From NCBI GenBank assembly GCA_038874595.1, contig JAVZCB010000001.1:96001-160000 (forward strand): a stretch of DNA of 64,000 bases, read 5' to 3'. This DNA comes from Candidatus Micrarchaeia archaeon. Its GTDB lineage: Archaea > Micrarchaeota > Micrarchaeia > CAILAH01. How positions within the stretch are numbered: the first letter of the stretch is position 1; the number at the start of each line of letters is the position of its first letter. The notes under the pieces were generated by a model, which had not been told where the DNA came from, ran no database searches, and worked only from the letters and a program-made list of their open reading frames with translations. This document shows, one piece after another, positions 29,048-38,803 of the stretch. Made by a program: the position numbers and the translations under genes.

Positions 29048-29409
29048 TCAATAACCCCCTTTCAATCATTCATGAAAATTCACAGCCTCGTCAGGTCATG
29101 GCTGGCGTATGCCGGGCACAGTTTCTGAGTTTTCTCCATATCTTCTGGCAAGAAATGATACCCGCACTTCCAGCATTCGTATCCTCCCGACAGCCATTTG
29201 GCTACCAGGTGGATAAGATGCGACAGCAAGTACTTTATTAGTGCAAGTTTTCGAACAGAAGTGGGCTGATTTTTTCTTTATTCTGATGTATACGAATTCA
29301 GCCCCGAGCCAGTTCCACACTGGCTGCATTTTTTTCTCTTTTTTGTATTTCTTAAAGCAGTTGGTGCATTTTCCCATATTTGGTACGCCCCCAAAAACTA
29401 TGGATGTGA

Positions 29410-29772
29410 CTATTTCCCTCCGCAACAGCCTGCCGGCTTTTCTGCGGCCCCTTTCAATTTCTTTTCCAGCTCCTCTTTTGCCTGTGCAATAACTTTGTTC
29501 TCAACGATTATCTTCTGTAGCTCTGCCTTGTCAGGAAAACTTATCGCGTTGAAAAGACAGGTGTTCGAGCAGGTCACGCAGCCCACAAGGCAGTTGTTCG
29601 GTCTTGCAACAACAGGTTTGTTGCTTTTCAGGTCCCAGTCGTACACATTCCTGCCGCATCCTGTTATGCACATCCCGCAGCCAACGCATTTGCTTTTGTC
29701 AACCGTGGGATTCCATTTTATCCTATCCCTTGGAATCCCATGCCATTCTGAAAACTTTTTGTCATCTGCCAT
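29410..29772 (-). CDS. 2x[4Fe-4S] ferredoxin family protein
   Basis: CVGCGMCITGC and CLVGCVTCSNTC. Confidence 0.9.
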   Translation of the reverse strand: MADDKKFSEWHGIPRDRIKWNPTVDKSKCVGCGMCITGCGRNVYDWDLKSNKPVVARPNNCLVGCVTCSNTCLFNAISFPDKAELQKIIVENKVIAQAKEELEKKLKGAAEKPAGCCGGK

Positions 29773-29782
29773 ATTATTACCT

Positions 29783-30085
29783 CTATTCTGCCATGCAGCA
29801 TTTACTTTTCAAGCAAGTACCCTTTTTGTGTCCCAATGCCTTGAACACATCGCACACGCGATAGTCTTTTATCTGATAAAATACTTTTTGCCCTTCACGA
29901 TGCGACTCTAGAATACCGGCAAGCTCTAGTTTGGAGAGCTGGAACGAAACTGAGGATTGAGTTCGTTTTACTTTAGGAAAAATCTCGCATACACATTTTT
30001 TTCCATCTAGAAGCAGGGCCAATATGTTAAATCTTGTTTCGTCGGCCATTGCTTTCAGAAATCTTACATCATCCTTATGTTTCAT
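29783..30085 (-). CDS. arsR: ArsR/SmtB family regulator (paralog of 22760-23059)
   Basis: KAMADETRF...KCVCEIFPKVKRTQSSVS; C-terminal CC. Confidence 0.9.
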   Translation of the reverse strand: MKHKDDVRFLKAMADETRFNILALLLDGKKCVCEIFPKVKRTQSSVSFQLSKLELAGILESHREGQKVFYQIKDYRVCDVFKALGHKKGTCLKSKCCMAE

Positions 30086-30105
30086 ATTAATCTAGATATT
30101 AATAT
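30084..30105. promoter_or_regulatory. Palindromic putative ArsR operator
   Basis: atattaat-ctagat-attaatat inverted repeat at the arsR start. Confidence 0.5.
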
Positions 30106-30185
30106 ATACCAATATTTAAAAACCTAGCAAACCTAGCTGTACTAATTACTACGAGTATTTGTTTGTAATCTTGACTGGTAGTGAT

Positions 30186-30439
30186 ATGAAAATAGAGATT
30201 CTTGATTCAGCTGCCAACTGTAAAAAACTCAAGGAGAACGCAAGAAGAGCAACTTCTGAGCTTGGCATAAGTGTAGAATTCGAGAAATGACGGATTTCAC
30301 AAAAAAATTGCTTCTTATTCTTATAGTATTATGTCTACTCCAGCGCTCGTAATTGATGGGGAAGTTAAAAGCATACGGACGGATTCCCTCTGTTGAAGAA
30401 GTAAAAATTATGTTAAAGGGATTGGATGGATTCAATTGA
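30186..30439 (+). pseudogene. MTH895-type thioredoxin pseudogene
   Basis: MKIEIL..ANCKKL...EK* then MSTPALVIDGEVK and GRIPSVEEVK in shifted frames. Confidence 0.85.
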
Positions 30440-30530
30440 GGGTTTGGTGCAGTGGTTTGTTTTCAGTGTCCTTGGGTTAACGCCGGCAGCCAGCTCGGTG
30501 AAGCATCTGCATTCTTTTTATTTGACGTTT
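30426..30530 (+). pseudogene. Truncated N-terminus of a permease (ArsP-like)
   Basis: MDSIEGLVQWFVFSVLGL...LHSF in the same position as the permease of the intact cassette. Confidence 0.45.
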
Positions 30531-30667
30531 GTAAGTATCGGCAAATTTATTTATGTTGATATAGATGTCTTTACGTTGATGGAGACCCGAGACCAGGCAG
30601 GCGGATATTTCCCCTGCACTCGGGTTTTTAGCAAGGTATTTAAATTTTAAATCATCTATGGTAAAAA

Positions 30668-31360
30668 ATGCGCTTACAACAATATCAAAATCAGAATGAT
30701 TATAGAAGTCTTAATGGGTTCATAGGAAAAAATATGTTTAACAAGGATTTTGTAATGAGTTTGTCGCATTATATTGCATCAAAATATTTCCCAAAAGATG
30801 GTGACTTGTTGTTTTATGATAAGGAAGAGGCATACTCGCTTGCAAAGCGCGTATGCATAAATGCATTACAGCGTGGGATTAGCGTTAATACTCTAAAAGA
30901 GTTTGCGGAGAAAGCAACAACCGCAGAAGCATTTAATATGCAAGTGTCCCGATATTTTGGCCTTGCGGTTGAAGAGAACACGCGCAAGCGCGCATACATA
31001 AACTTATACAGGAAAGAGAAGGAGGTACTTTTAAAGGTATTTGGTCTCACAGAGAAGGACGTAGAGGACCTCGCGTGGGGTGTGCTATCATTTTCTAAAA
31101 CAGAACAGCTTTATTCCCAAATAGAAGCGTATGCGCGTTTGCTTGACAGGAGATTAAGCATATATCAAAACTCGCGTGATATTGCGGTTAAATTCTTATC
31201 TATCAGGTGGGGCCTTGATGAGGGGTTCCCCAAGCCGATAAAGCAGGTTAGTTGTGAGATGGGGCTTTCAGATACTACCAACCACAAGATAAGGAAACTT
31301 ATGGATGAGATTTTAGAGGGTTTGATTGAGGCTGCACGAAAAAGAAGAAAAACCCTTTAA
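30668..31360 (+). CDS. Hypothetical protein with C-terminal sigma70 region 4-like HTH
   Basis: FLSIRWGLDEGFPKPIKQVSCEMGLS. Confidence 0.6.
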   Translation: MRLQQYQNQNDYRSLNGFIGKNMFNKDFVMSLSHYIASKYFPKDGDLLFYDKEEAYSLAKRVCINALQRGISVNTLKEFAEKATTAEAFNMQVSRYFGLAVEENTRKRAYINLYRKEKEVLLKVFGLTEKDVEDLAWGVLSFSKTEQLYSQIEAYARLLDRRLSIYQNSRDIAVKFLSIRWGLDEGFPKPIKQVSCEMGLSDTTNHKIRKLMDEILEGLIEAARKRRKTL

Positions 31361-31442
31361 TCTTTGGTAAGGGTCTCATTTAGTTGTTAGCCATTTGGTA
31401 AGGTTTTTTAACCGGAAGTTGCCCAAAATAGGTGAGTGCCTC

Positions 31443-32105
31443 ATGAACAAAACTTATAACAAGCTGGTAAAAAAGACAGAGGGCAAGATTCTTGAAGAAG
31501 ATATGCGTAGGGATCATTTCAGGCAGGTTGCCAAGAGGTATTTTTCGCTCTGTTATGATGTAGAAGTTAAGAGGAGGATTATTGATGACCTGTCAGAAAA
31601 AATTGCTGTTAAATCCAGTTATGGGATTAGTGATGCCGGGCTGGTTTCAGCAAGGAATAATACATATGCGCAGCTTAGGGAATCTTCAAAGAAGAAAAGG
31701 CTAACCGAGGTAGTTGTCCAGAACACAGTAAAAACGCCTGAGGATGTTTGCCTGTTTATGGATAAGGCGCGTGAAGTGCATTTTGAAAAAGATAAGAATA
31801 ATTTCTTTTATGAGCTTAACAACGTATTCTGGCACGGTGCTTTGTTTGGGATTGCGCTGTGGTGTGTTGATGCCTTTATTACGGTGTTTTCAACAGAATT
31901 CCGCAATTCGCTCAATATTGGCGCGTTCCTGAAAGATGTTTTTAGCTCGCTGCCTTTTGCAGTATTGATATCAACTGGCATCTCATTCATATATCATATA
32001 AACAGGTACTCAAAAGTTGCAAACCTGATGGAGAAGATACATGATGATATATGCGCTTTTGCCAATCTTGTACAGCGCAGGGATTCGCACAAAGATAATG
32101 AGTAA
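31443..32105 (+). CDS. Hypothetical membrane protein (2 C-terminal TM)
   Basis: ORF with GGTGA RBS; similar layout to 61111-61695. Confidence 0.7.
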   Translation: MNKTYNKLVKKTEGKILEEDMRRDHFRQVAKRYFSLCYDVEVKRRIIDDLSEKIAVKSSYGISDAGLVSARNNTYAQLRESSKKKRLTEVVVQNTVKTPEDVCLFMDKAREVHFEKDKNNFFYELNNVFWHGALFGIALWCVDAFITVFSTEFRNSLNIGAFLKDVFSSLPFAVLISTGISFIYHINRYSKVANLMEKIHDDICAFANLVQRRDSHKDNE

Positions 32106-32142
32106 TTTTTAGTATTTATTTCTTCTTGCTTCAATTTCTACC

Positions 32143-32616
32143 ATGAGAATACTACCTATTGTATTTTTGCTTTTGGTAATGGGTCTTGCAGCAGCAAGCT
32201 CTGTGAGCTGCGCAGCGGATGCCTACAGAAAAGCGTGTGCTTCCTGTCCATTTGATAAGAATGGCAAGATAGACCAGTCTTGTATGGGAGGGTATAAAAC
32301 CGCCGGAATAAGCTGTGTAAGCACCTCTTATCCCATAATGAGCGCGAAGTACTCTGCTGGCAAATGCCCGGAAGTTGATGCGTGTGCAGCTGAATTGCAG
32401 TCATGCGTCTCGCAGTATTCCACCGGTAATGACAGGGCAGACTGCCAGGAGGGCTCCGTCTCTGTGTGTTATTCCGCATCAGACCAGTGCATCAGGAGAG
32501 CGGCAATCAAGTGCGGTGAGATAGAAAATGAGTGTCCGGGCTCAAGTTCAGGCATTATTATTGCAGTGCTTGGCATACTCGGTATGGCAGCTGTAAAAAG
32601 GGATTTAATTAAATAG
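32143..32616 (+). CDS. Cys-rich secreted/surface protein
   Basis: Signal peptide, regularly spaced Cys, C-terminal CPG plus TM plus KR. Confidence 0.8.
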   Translation: MRILPIVFLLLVMGLAAASSVSCAADAYRKACASCPFDKNGKIDQSCMGGYKTAGISCVSTSYPIMSAKYSAGKCPEVDACAAELQSCVSQYSTGNDRADCQEGSVSVCYSASDQCIRRAAIKCGEIENECPGSSSGIIIAVLGILGMAAVKRDLIK

Positions 32617-32663
32617 CTGTCCTTTTTTACCTTTTTAAAAAAAACTATCAATATTAATTTCAT

Positions 32664-33494
32664 ATGCCAGAAGCGGTGGCGCAGAAGCGCTTGGAAGAGG
32701 AAGAGACTGAAGAGAAACGTGAAAAGAAGAGGCGTGCCCGTGAGAAGGCCTTTGACCAGAAGAGGGACCTGCCTGTACCAGAGCTTAAGATTGAAACACC
32801 TAAAGTTGAGCAGTCAAAACCGCAGGAGGAAAAGAAATCCCAGCCGGTTGAGGCCTCCCTGAAGACGACTGTTCAGGAGCGTGATATTGTAATTGATGAC
32901 AAGGGTACTCTTTCCAAAGATTACGTTGGCAAGGAAACGCTGAATTTCAAAAGAACAGAATCTTATCTTGAAGAGCAAAAACGGGAGGACCGGGAGAAAA
33001 AAGCAGCTGCCGTGTCACAGGCGATTAGGGCTAAAGAGGATGAAAATCTTAAAAGAGAAGAGTTGCGGGAGAGATTGCGCAGGGAGGAGCGTTCAGCTGA
33101 GGAAATCCGCCAGGCGAAAGAGAAGGAGCGTGTGGAGCAGGACCTAAAAAATATAGAGAAGGCACATAAAGAGAGGCGTGTAGCTGAGAAGGAAGCATTG
33201 GGCAGGGAGGAGAGGGAGGCTGTTACACGCAGGGAAAAAGTCGAGGTACAGAGGCGTGAGGTTAATGAGCATATGGAGCGCAGTAGGCGCGAGGCGGAAG
33301 AGAGGAAAAAGGATGTTGAGAGACTGAAGGAGAACCTGAACAGGCGCAAAAGAAACATAAGCAGGGAAATCGAAGCTTTGCAGAAGATTCTTTTAGGCGG
33401 TCCGTTCAGGAAAAGCCGTAAAGGGATTGCATTGAAATTTGTACGCTCACTGGATGATTTTATAAAATCGCTTTCCTCAAAGAAACGCAAATAA
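32664..33494 (+). CDS. Highly charged coiled-coil hypothetical protein
   Basis: E/K/R-rich 276-aa ORF. Confidence 0.75.
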   Translation: MPEAVAQKRLEEEETEEKREKKRRAREKAFDQKRDLPVPELKIETPKVEQSKPQEEKKSQPVEASLKTTVQERDIVIDDKGTLSKDYVGKETLNFKRTESYLEEQKREDREKKAAAVSQAIRAKEDENLKREELRERLRREERSAEEIRQAKEKERVEQDLKNIEKAHKERRVAEKEALGREEREAVTRREKVEVQRREVNEHMERSRREAEERKKDVERLKENLNRRKRNISREIEALQKILLGGPFRKSRKGIALKFVRSLDDFIKSLSSKKRK

Positions 33495-33535
33495 TTATTT
33501 AATAAATTTTGGCATAATATATTCATGTGAGGAAT

Positions 33536-34081
33536 ATGCAAATCCCAACCATGCTTGAAATGCGTAAATGGAGAGAACGCCTTGGAAAAACACAGGTAGA
33601 GGTTGCGAAGGCACTTGGAATAACCCAGTCTTATCTTGCGAGGATTGAATCTGGTACGGCGAACCCCGGGTATAATCTTGTGCTAAAGATTGCTAATTTA
33701 TATTCTCAATGGGAATTTGGACCAGGTGAAACTATTACAAACAAGTATCATAAAGGTGTTGAGTATGTTGGGCCTATGGAAACAGTTGCAAAGGCGGCCT
33801 CACATATGAAGTGGAAAGGATACTCGCAGATGCCTGTAATTGAGCAGGGGAAGTGTATCGGGAGTATTAGTGAGAGTCTCATAAATAAGAAAATGCGTGA
33901 AATGAATAAAGATGAATTATATAGAATTCCTATTAAGAATATAATGGAAGCACCTTTTATGGAAGTAAACGAAGACTGCCCTCTTGCATTGGCATCAGAT
34001 ATGCTGCGCCACGTTCCACTGCTACTTGTTAAGAATGGTAATAGGTATGTAGGTGTTATTACAAAAAGCGACCTTCTTTAA
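33536..34081 (+). CDS. XRE-HTH plus CBS domain regulator (COG3620-like)
   Basis: LGKTQVEVAKALGITQSYLARIESG...P; YSQMPV; GVITKSDLL. Confidence 0.92.
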   Translation: MQIPTMLEMRKWRERLGKTQVEVAKALGITQSYLARIESGTANPGYNLVLKIANLYSQWEFGPGETITNKYHKGVEYVGPMETVAKAASHMKWKGYSQMPVIEQGKCIGSISESLINKKMREMNKDELYRIPIKNIMEAPFMEVNEDCPLALASDMLRHVPLLLVKNGNRYVGVITKSDLL

Positions 34082-35778
34082 TCTGTCCTTATAAAAATCA
34101 TTTTTTCCTTGTTATCGAGAATGAAATATCCCATCCTTTCAAGCTGGACAACCTCGCCTTCTGCAATATTTTTTGCAGCCGCAGCTTCACAAACTCCCTC
34201 CACTTTCACAAGGCTTTTTTCATTCTTCTCCTCACCGTTGAATGGCTTTTCCAGATACCAGAACGTGCACGGCACAGCTGTGCGCGCATCCACCCATTGC
34301 AATTTCTTTGAATCCCTAACAATCTCTTGGCTTATTGAGACGATACACTGTGCTTCTTTTCCTTTTTGTATTTTCGTTACGTTTATGTTTTTTAGGTCTT
34401 TAAGGCGGACCAGCTCTAACTCGTGCAACTCATTAAAATCTTCCGCACTTATCAGAACCTCTTCAGAGAAAGGCACTGGGCGCGTGCCCATGTTTGCTGT
34501 TGGATGCAATCTCACTGCAAGAACACCGCTGCCTAACCCCTCTATCCTGAGCTTTCTTGGCTCTTTAACAGCATAATAATGCTTTACTATGGGCTCATAG
34601 TATTTTCGTGTTTCTGCAAAAAGTTTCTTGAGATCTGTCTCAACCTCAACCTTGCTCAGACCGAATGATGTAACATACTCCTCAATGGCTTTTGGAGGTA
34701 TTCCTCTTCTCCTGAGCCCTGCAAGCGTAACGAGGCGCGGGTCATCATAACCAGAGAAAAACCCGCTCTCTACATAAGGCTTGATATATCTCTTACTAAC
34801 AGGATACCCATCTATAGCCAGCCGTGCAAATTCATAATACTGTGGGGACCTCAGCCCGGCAAGCCTTAGTATGGTTGACTGTAGCTCGGCACGCAGTTCA
34901 AATTCTTTCGAGCGGAGCACGTGCGTTACACCAAGCAACGCATCACTTACAGATGTTTCGAAATCATATGTTGGATAAACACGATACTTTTTTCCTTGCC
35001 TGTAATGGGGCGTTTCAAGAACTCTGAACAGTGCTGGGTCACGCATTGTTGTGTTTAGTGATTTCATATCACCTTTAAGCCGCACAACCGCCTCCCCTTC
35101 TTTCATGGTGGTTTTCATCTGTTCCCATAGCGCGAGGTTTTCCTCAATACTTCTTTGCCTGCATTCACACTCCTCCCCTCTCGCGCGCTTTTCTTTTGTT
35201 GCCTCTTGGGAGCACATGCAAACATATGCATTGCCTTCGCGTAGGAGCTTTTCCATGGTTTTAATCATATCTTCAAGCATATCAGAGACAAAAAATACAC
35301 CATCTGGTTTTATTCCAAACCAAGCAATATCATTTAGTATTGAATCCACAAACTCCTGCCTGCATTTTTCAGGGTTTGTATCATCAAACTTGACATAAAA
35401 TTTCCCCTTATATGCATCACAAATTTTCTTGTTGATTATCATCGCCTTTGTATGGCCGATGTGAAGGAACCCGTTCGGCTCAGGCGCAAACCGCGTGATA
35501 ACCTGCCCTTCTGATGCCCCTTCAATCTTCCATTCGCGCTTTTCCTCACGTTTTTCTTCTACAATGCCGTAGCTGTTATACTCTTTGTCAATTTGCTCTT
35601 CGCTGAGTGTATTCACCTCATTGCAACTTTCATTTATCAATGCCATAAGCAATTTCATGTCTGATTTAGCAGATGGCATTTCTGCAATCACTTTACCAGC
35701 AACCGCTTTCGGGTCGGCCTTGCCGTAATCGTGGGCATTTTTAATTGCCAGCTTGCGTATTAACTCTTTAAGTTCCAT
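34078..35778 (-). CDS. gltX: Glutamate--tRNA ligase (archaeal type)
   Basis: TRFAPEPNGFLHIGH, FDDTNP, YPTYDF, VSKR, QLERMGYF. Confidence 0.96.
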   Translation of the reverse strand: MELKELIRKLAIKNAHDYGKADPKAVAGKVIAEMPSAKSDMKLLMALINESCNEVNTLSEEQIDKEYNSYGIVEEKREEKREWKIEGASEGQVITRFAPEPNGFLHIGHTKAMIINKKICDAYKGKFYVKFDDTNPEKCRQEFVDSILNDIAWFGIKPDGVFFVSDMLEDMIKTMEKLLREGNAYVCMCSQEATKEKRARGEECECRQRSIEENLALWEQMKTTMKEGEAVVRLKGDMKSLNTTMRDPALFRVLETPHYRQGKKYRVYPTYDFETSVSDALLGVTHVLRSKEFELRAELQSTILRLAGLRSPQYYEFARLAIDGYPVSKRYIKPYVESGFFSGYDDPRLVTLAGLRRRGIPPKAIEEYVTSFGLSKVEVETDLKKLFAETRKYYEPIVKHYYAVKEPRKLRIEGLGSGVLAVRLHPTANMGTRPVPFSEEVLISAEDFNELHELELVRLKDLKNINVTKIQKGKEAQCIVSISQEIVRDSKKLQWVDARTAVPCTFWYLEKPFNGEEKNEKSLVKVEGVCEAAAAKNIAEGEVVQLERMGYFILDNKEKMIFIRTD

Positions 35779-35800
35779 AAGCATACCTTCCATAATTTTT

Positions 35801-37141
35801 TTATCTGGCAAGGATGGATTCAAGCACACGCTCAACTGCATTATTTTTCCTAAGCTTATATGTGACCCTCACCAGTGGTGCTTTTATATCCAGAAAATCA
35901 CTTAAATTTGTGGGTGTTGCAGAAACAACTGCTGACGGCCGCGCTTTCCCAATCAGTACCTTTAGCTCTTCAATCTGCTCTCTCGAATAGCCGACCGCAG
36001 GCACGACCTTCTCAATATGCTTGTGCTGTGCGTAAATTTTTTTATACACCCCAACCGCAAACTTTGAGCCGTCAATGATACTGCAACCTTCTTTTTTTGC
36101 AACGATATACCCTATCCCGTATGGCATCTCACCATGTGTTATGGTCGGGCCGTCTTCGATCACAAGCACTCTCTTCTTCTCCGCGGCAGAAAGCTTCCGG
36201 TCCATCACAGCATCCATAGAAACACGTATTATTTTCGCGTGGGGATTCATCTCCTTTGCACGCCATTCAATCTCACGTGCGCCTTTCTTTGCATTCTCCC
36301 ACTTATTAATTGCAATCACATCCGCCATCCTGAAATTTACTTCCCCAGGATGATATGCAATCTCATGACCGGCGCGCATCGCATCAGCCACAGTTATCAT
36401 AATATCAGGCCTGAAGAAAGGATAATCATTATTGCCACCATCCCAGATAATAACATCCGCTTCCTTTTCTGCGTTGCGCAATACCCTCTCATAATCAATG
36501 CCTGCATACACTATGAAACCGTTGCGTATGTGCCTTTCATAATCCTCCCTTTCCTCAATAGTACAGCCGTGCGCATCAAGGTCGTTAAGCGATGAGTACC
36601 TTTGCACAGCTTTCTTCTCAAGTTCACCATACGGCATAGGATGCCTTACAATTACTGTCCTGAATCCTTTTTTCCTGAGCCATTGGCTTACATATTCGGT
36701 CATCGGGCTTTTGCCGGCACCAGTCCGAGTCGCACACACTGCAATAACTTTCTTTTGGCTTTTTAGCATTGTCGCGTTTGGGCCCAATAGTATGAAAGAT
36801 GCACCAGCTGCAAGCACACGCGATGCAATGTGCATCACAGCGTTATGGCTCAGGTCTGAATAAGAGAGGCACGCAAGGTCAACACTCTTCTCTCTTATTA
36901 TTTTTTCTAGGTCACTCTCTTTGTATATTGGTATCCCGTGCGGGTACAATTTCCCTGCAAGTGACGAAGGATACATGTCAAGCTGGACTGGGAGCTGATC
37001 GGCTAATGTGAACCCAACAACCTCATATCCTATCTTATCCCTGAAATACACATTGAAATTGTGGAAGTCCCTCCCGGCGGCACCTAATATGAGAACACGC
37101 CTTCTTTTCAGCACGCGGTTAATGATTTGCATATGTGTCAT
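35801..37141 (-). CDS. COG2403 P-loop protein (cyclic 2,3-DPG synthetase-like / arginine synthetase ArcE-like)
   Basis: GAAGRDFHNFN, RTGAGKS, RHPMPYG, IEEREDYE, WDGGNND, EDGPTITHG. Confidence 0.85.
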   Translation of the reverse strand: MTHMQIINRVLKRRRVLILGAAGRDFHNFNVYFRDKIGYEVVGFTLADQLPVQLDMYPSSLAGKLYPHGIPIYKESDLEKIIREKSVDLACLSYSDLSHNAVMHIASRVLAAGASFILLGPNATMLKSQKKVIAVCATRTGAGKSPMTEYVSQWLRKKGFRTVIVRHPMPYGELEKKAVQRYSSLNDLDAHGCTIEEREDYERHIRNGFIVYAGIDYERVLRNAEKEADVIIWDGGNNDYPFFRPDIMITVADAMRAGHEIAYHPGEVNFRMADVIAINKWENAKKGAREIEWRAKEMNPHAKIIRVSMDAVMDRKLSAAEKKRVLVIEDGPTITHGEMPYGIGYIVAKKEGCSIIDGSKFAVGVYKKIYAQHKHIEKVVPAVGYSREQIEELKVLIGKARPSAVVSATPTNLSDFLDIKAPLVRVTYKLRKNNAVERVLESILAR

Positions 37142-37171
37142 GCTTTTTAATTTTCCCCTAAAACTTATATT

Positions 37172-38428
37172 ATGTATGACTTAATGCGGCCGATACAGGA
37201 TAACTTTTACATGTCTGAAGGCATAATCAGGTACTCGCTTATCAGGGGCCACGCAGTCCCTTCAATATCACCTTCAGTACACTATGCAAGTGGGCTTTTT
37301 GAGGGGATGAGCATCATCGCACTGCGCAACGGCCCTCGGCTTAAATTAGGCTTATTCCATCCAGCACTTAACTTTGAGCGGCTTAGGCATAACTTGAAAG
37401 GGCTTGGTTATGATTGGGAGCTTTACAGTGATGAGCAGATAATAGAGAGCATATTTACAATATGTGCACTGAACAGCTGGAACAATGTGATTGAGCTTGA
37501 AGGTGCCAACACTGTTATAAGCAGTGGGGACAAAGAATACCAGCGGATTTATGTACGCCCTCTTGTATACTCAAACTACAATGGGATAGGGATCGTTGAG
37601 CCCAGAAATATTGAATTGATGCTTAACCTTGCACCTATGGGTGAGTATATACCTTGCTCAGACCCGGCGGGCACAACTGCCCTGCTATACCCGCAGCCGC
37701 GTTATTTGGCATTCCCGCAGTTCAAAGTATCAAGCAACTACCAGCTGTCAATTCATGCAAAAACGATGCTCACTGCATATAATAAAACAAATGACCTCAA
37801 ATGCGAGGAGGTAGTGTTCCAGAATACAAAAGGCAATCTTACCGAGGGTACAGGTGAAAACTTAGTGCTTCTCAAAGATAATGAGCTCATTACTCCGCCT
37901 CCAAGTGAAGGTGCACTACCAGGTATAACTTATCGCATAGTATTCCTAATAGCAAACGAGTTAGGAACAAAGGCGCGGTTTGGAACTTTTAAGTACAGTG
38001 ATATAGAGTCTGCGGATGCGCTGTTTTTCACAGGCAATGCGGCCGGCATTGTCCCTATAAAGAGGATTGTGCGTGTTGATAGCAAGTACTCAACACTTGA
38101 TTATATGGATTGCAAGGAGGGCGGGAAAAATAATCTGATGTCCAAGCTTAAATCAGAGTACAACCGCGTTCTTCTTGGTGATACTGCCTATGGGAGCTTT
38201 TTCACTTATCTTGATGAGTGGCTTGATGAGAACAGGTTGGCAGAATTAAACGATCTAGGGTTAGAATTCAAGAGGCGGCTCACTGAAGAGAACCGTAGGT
38301 ATGATGGCACAAACAGCAGCGTGCTTTCTTTTATGGAAATCACACCAAGAATTGCAGTTGAACGGAAATATTTTGATGACAAGAAATGGATGATTGAACG
38401 CCTTGGAATACGTAATTTTCTCAAATGA
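37172..38428 (+). CDS. Class IV PLP aminotransferase (IlvE-like)
   Basis: HYASGLFEG, YVRP, FKVSSNY (PLP Lys), EGTGEN, LPGIT. Confidence 0.88.
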   Translation: MYDLMRPIQDNFYMSEGIIRYSLIRGHAVPSISPSVHYASGLFEGMSIIALRNGPRLKLGLFHPALNFERLRHNLKGLGYDWELYSDEQIIESIFTICALNSWNNVIELEGANTVISSGDKEYQRIYVRPLVYSNYNGIGIVEPRNIELMLNLAPMGEYIPCSDPAGTTALLYPQPRYLAFPQFKVSSNYQLSIHAKTMLTAYNKTNDLKCEEVVFQNTKGNLTEGTGENLVLLKDNELITPPPSEGALPGITYRIVFLIANELGTKARFGTFKYSDIESADALFFTGNAAGIVPIKRIVRVDSKYSTLDYMDCKEGGKNNLMSKLKSEYNRVLLGDTAYGSFFTYLDEWLDENRLAELNDLGLEFKRRLTEENRRYDGTNSSVLSFMEITPRIAVERKYFDDKKWMIERLGIRNFLK

Positions 38429-38474
38429 TGATTCTTCTTTTTATAGGTAATTATAGAGAAAATTATAGAAAAAA

Positions 38475-38689
38475 TGCGGCCGCCGGGATTTTCACACAGC
38501 TTTCTTTGGAATGCCTAAGAAAGCTGGCAAAGAAGACTCAATTGTTTCTTTTTGCCAACTTTAATCATCCAAGGAAATGGCTGCTTTGAACCCGGATCAT
38601 AAGCTTTCTTTTTTCTGGCGCCGCTCTTTAGGCACCCCGAAAGAGCGGCTTGGAAGGCTCATGTCCTAACCAGGTTAGACTACGGCCGC
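38475..38689 (-). tRNA. tRNA-Gly(TCC) with two introns: 37/38 (38606-38650, 45 nt) and 59/60 (38489-38584, 96 nt)
   Basis: Spliced: GCGGCCGTAGTCTAACCTGGTTAGGACATGAGCCTTCCA^AGCTTATGATCCGGGTTCAAA^TCCCGGCGGCCGCA; T-loop BHB helix TTCA/TGAA. Confidence 0.92.
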
Positions 38690-38803
38690 ACGAGGAGTAT
38701 TTAATTTCCAAAGTATTAAAAAACCAAACTTTATTCGCATGAATTCTGGAAATGAAGAGATTAGAAGGAGAGAGGTGGGCGAAGCCCCCTTCCTCTCCTC
38801 TTA

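Larger units (their letters stand above)
26597..30620. mobile_element. Degenerate integrative element at tRNA-Leu carrying metal/arsenic-redox genes
   Basis: Tyrosine recombinase remnant, several pseudogenes, 10-bp repeat cccctgcact at 26589-26598 and 30611-30620. Confidence 0.7.
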
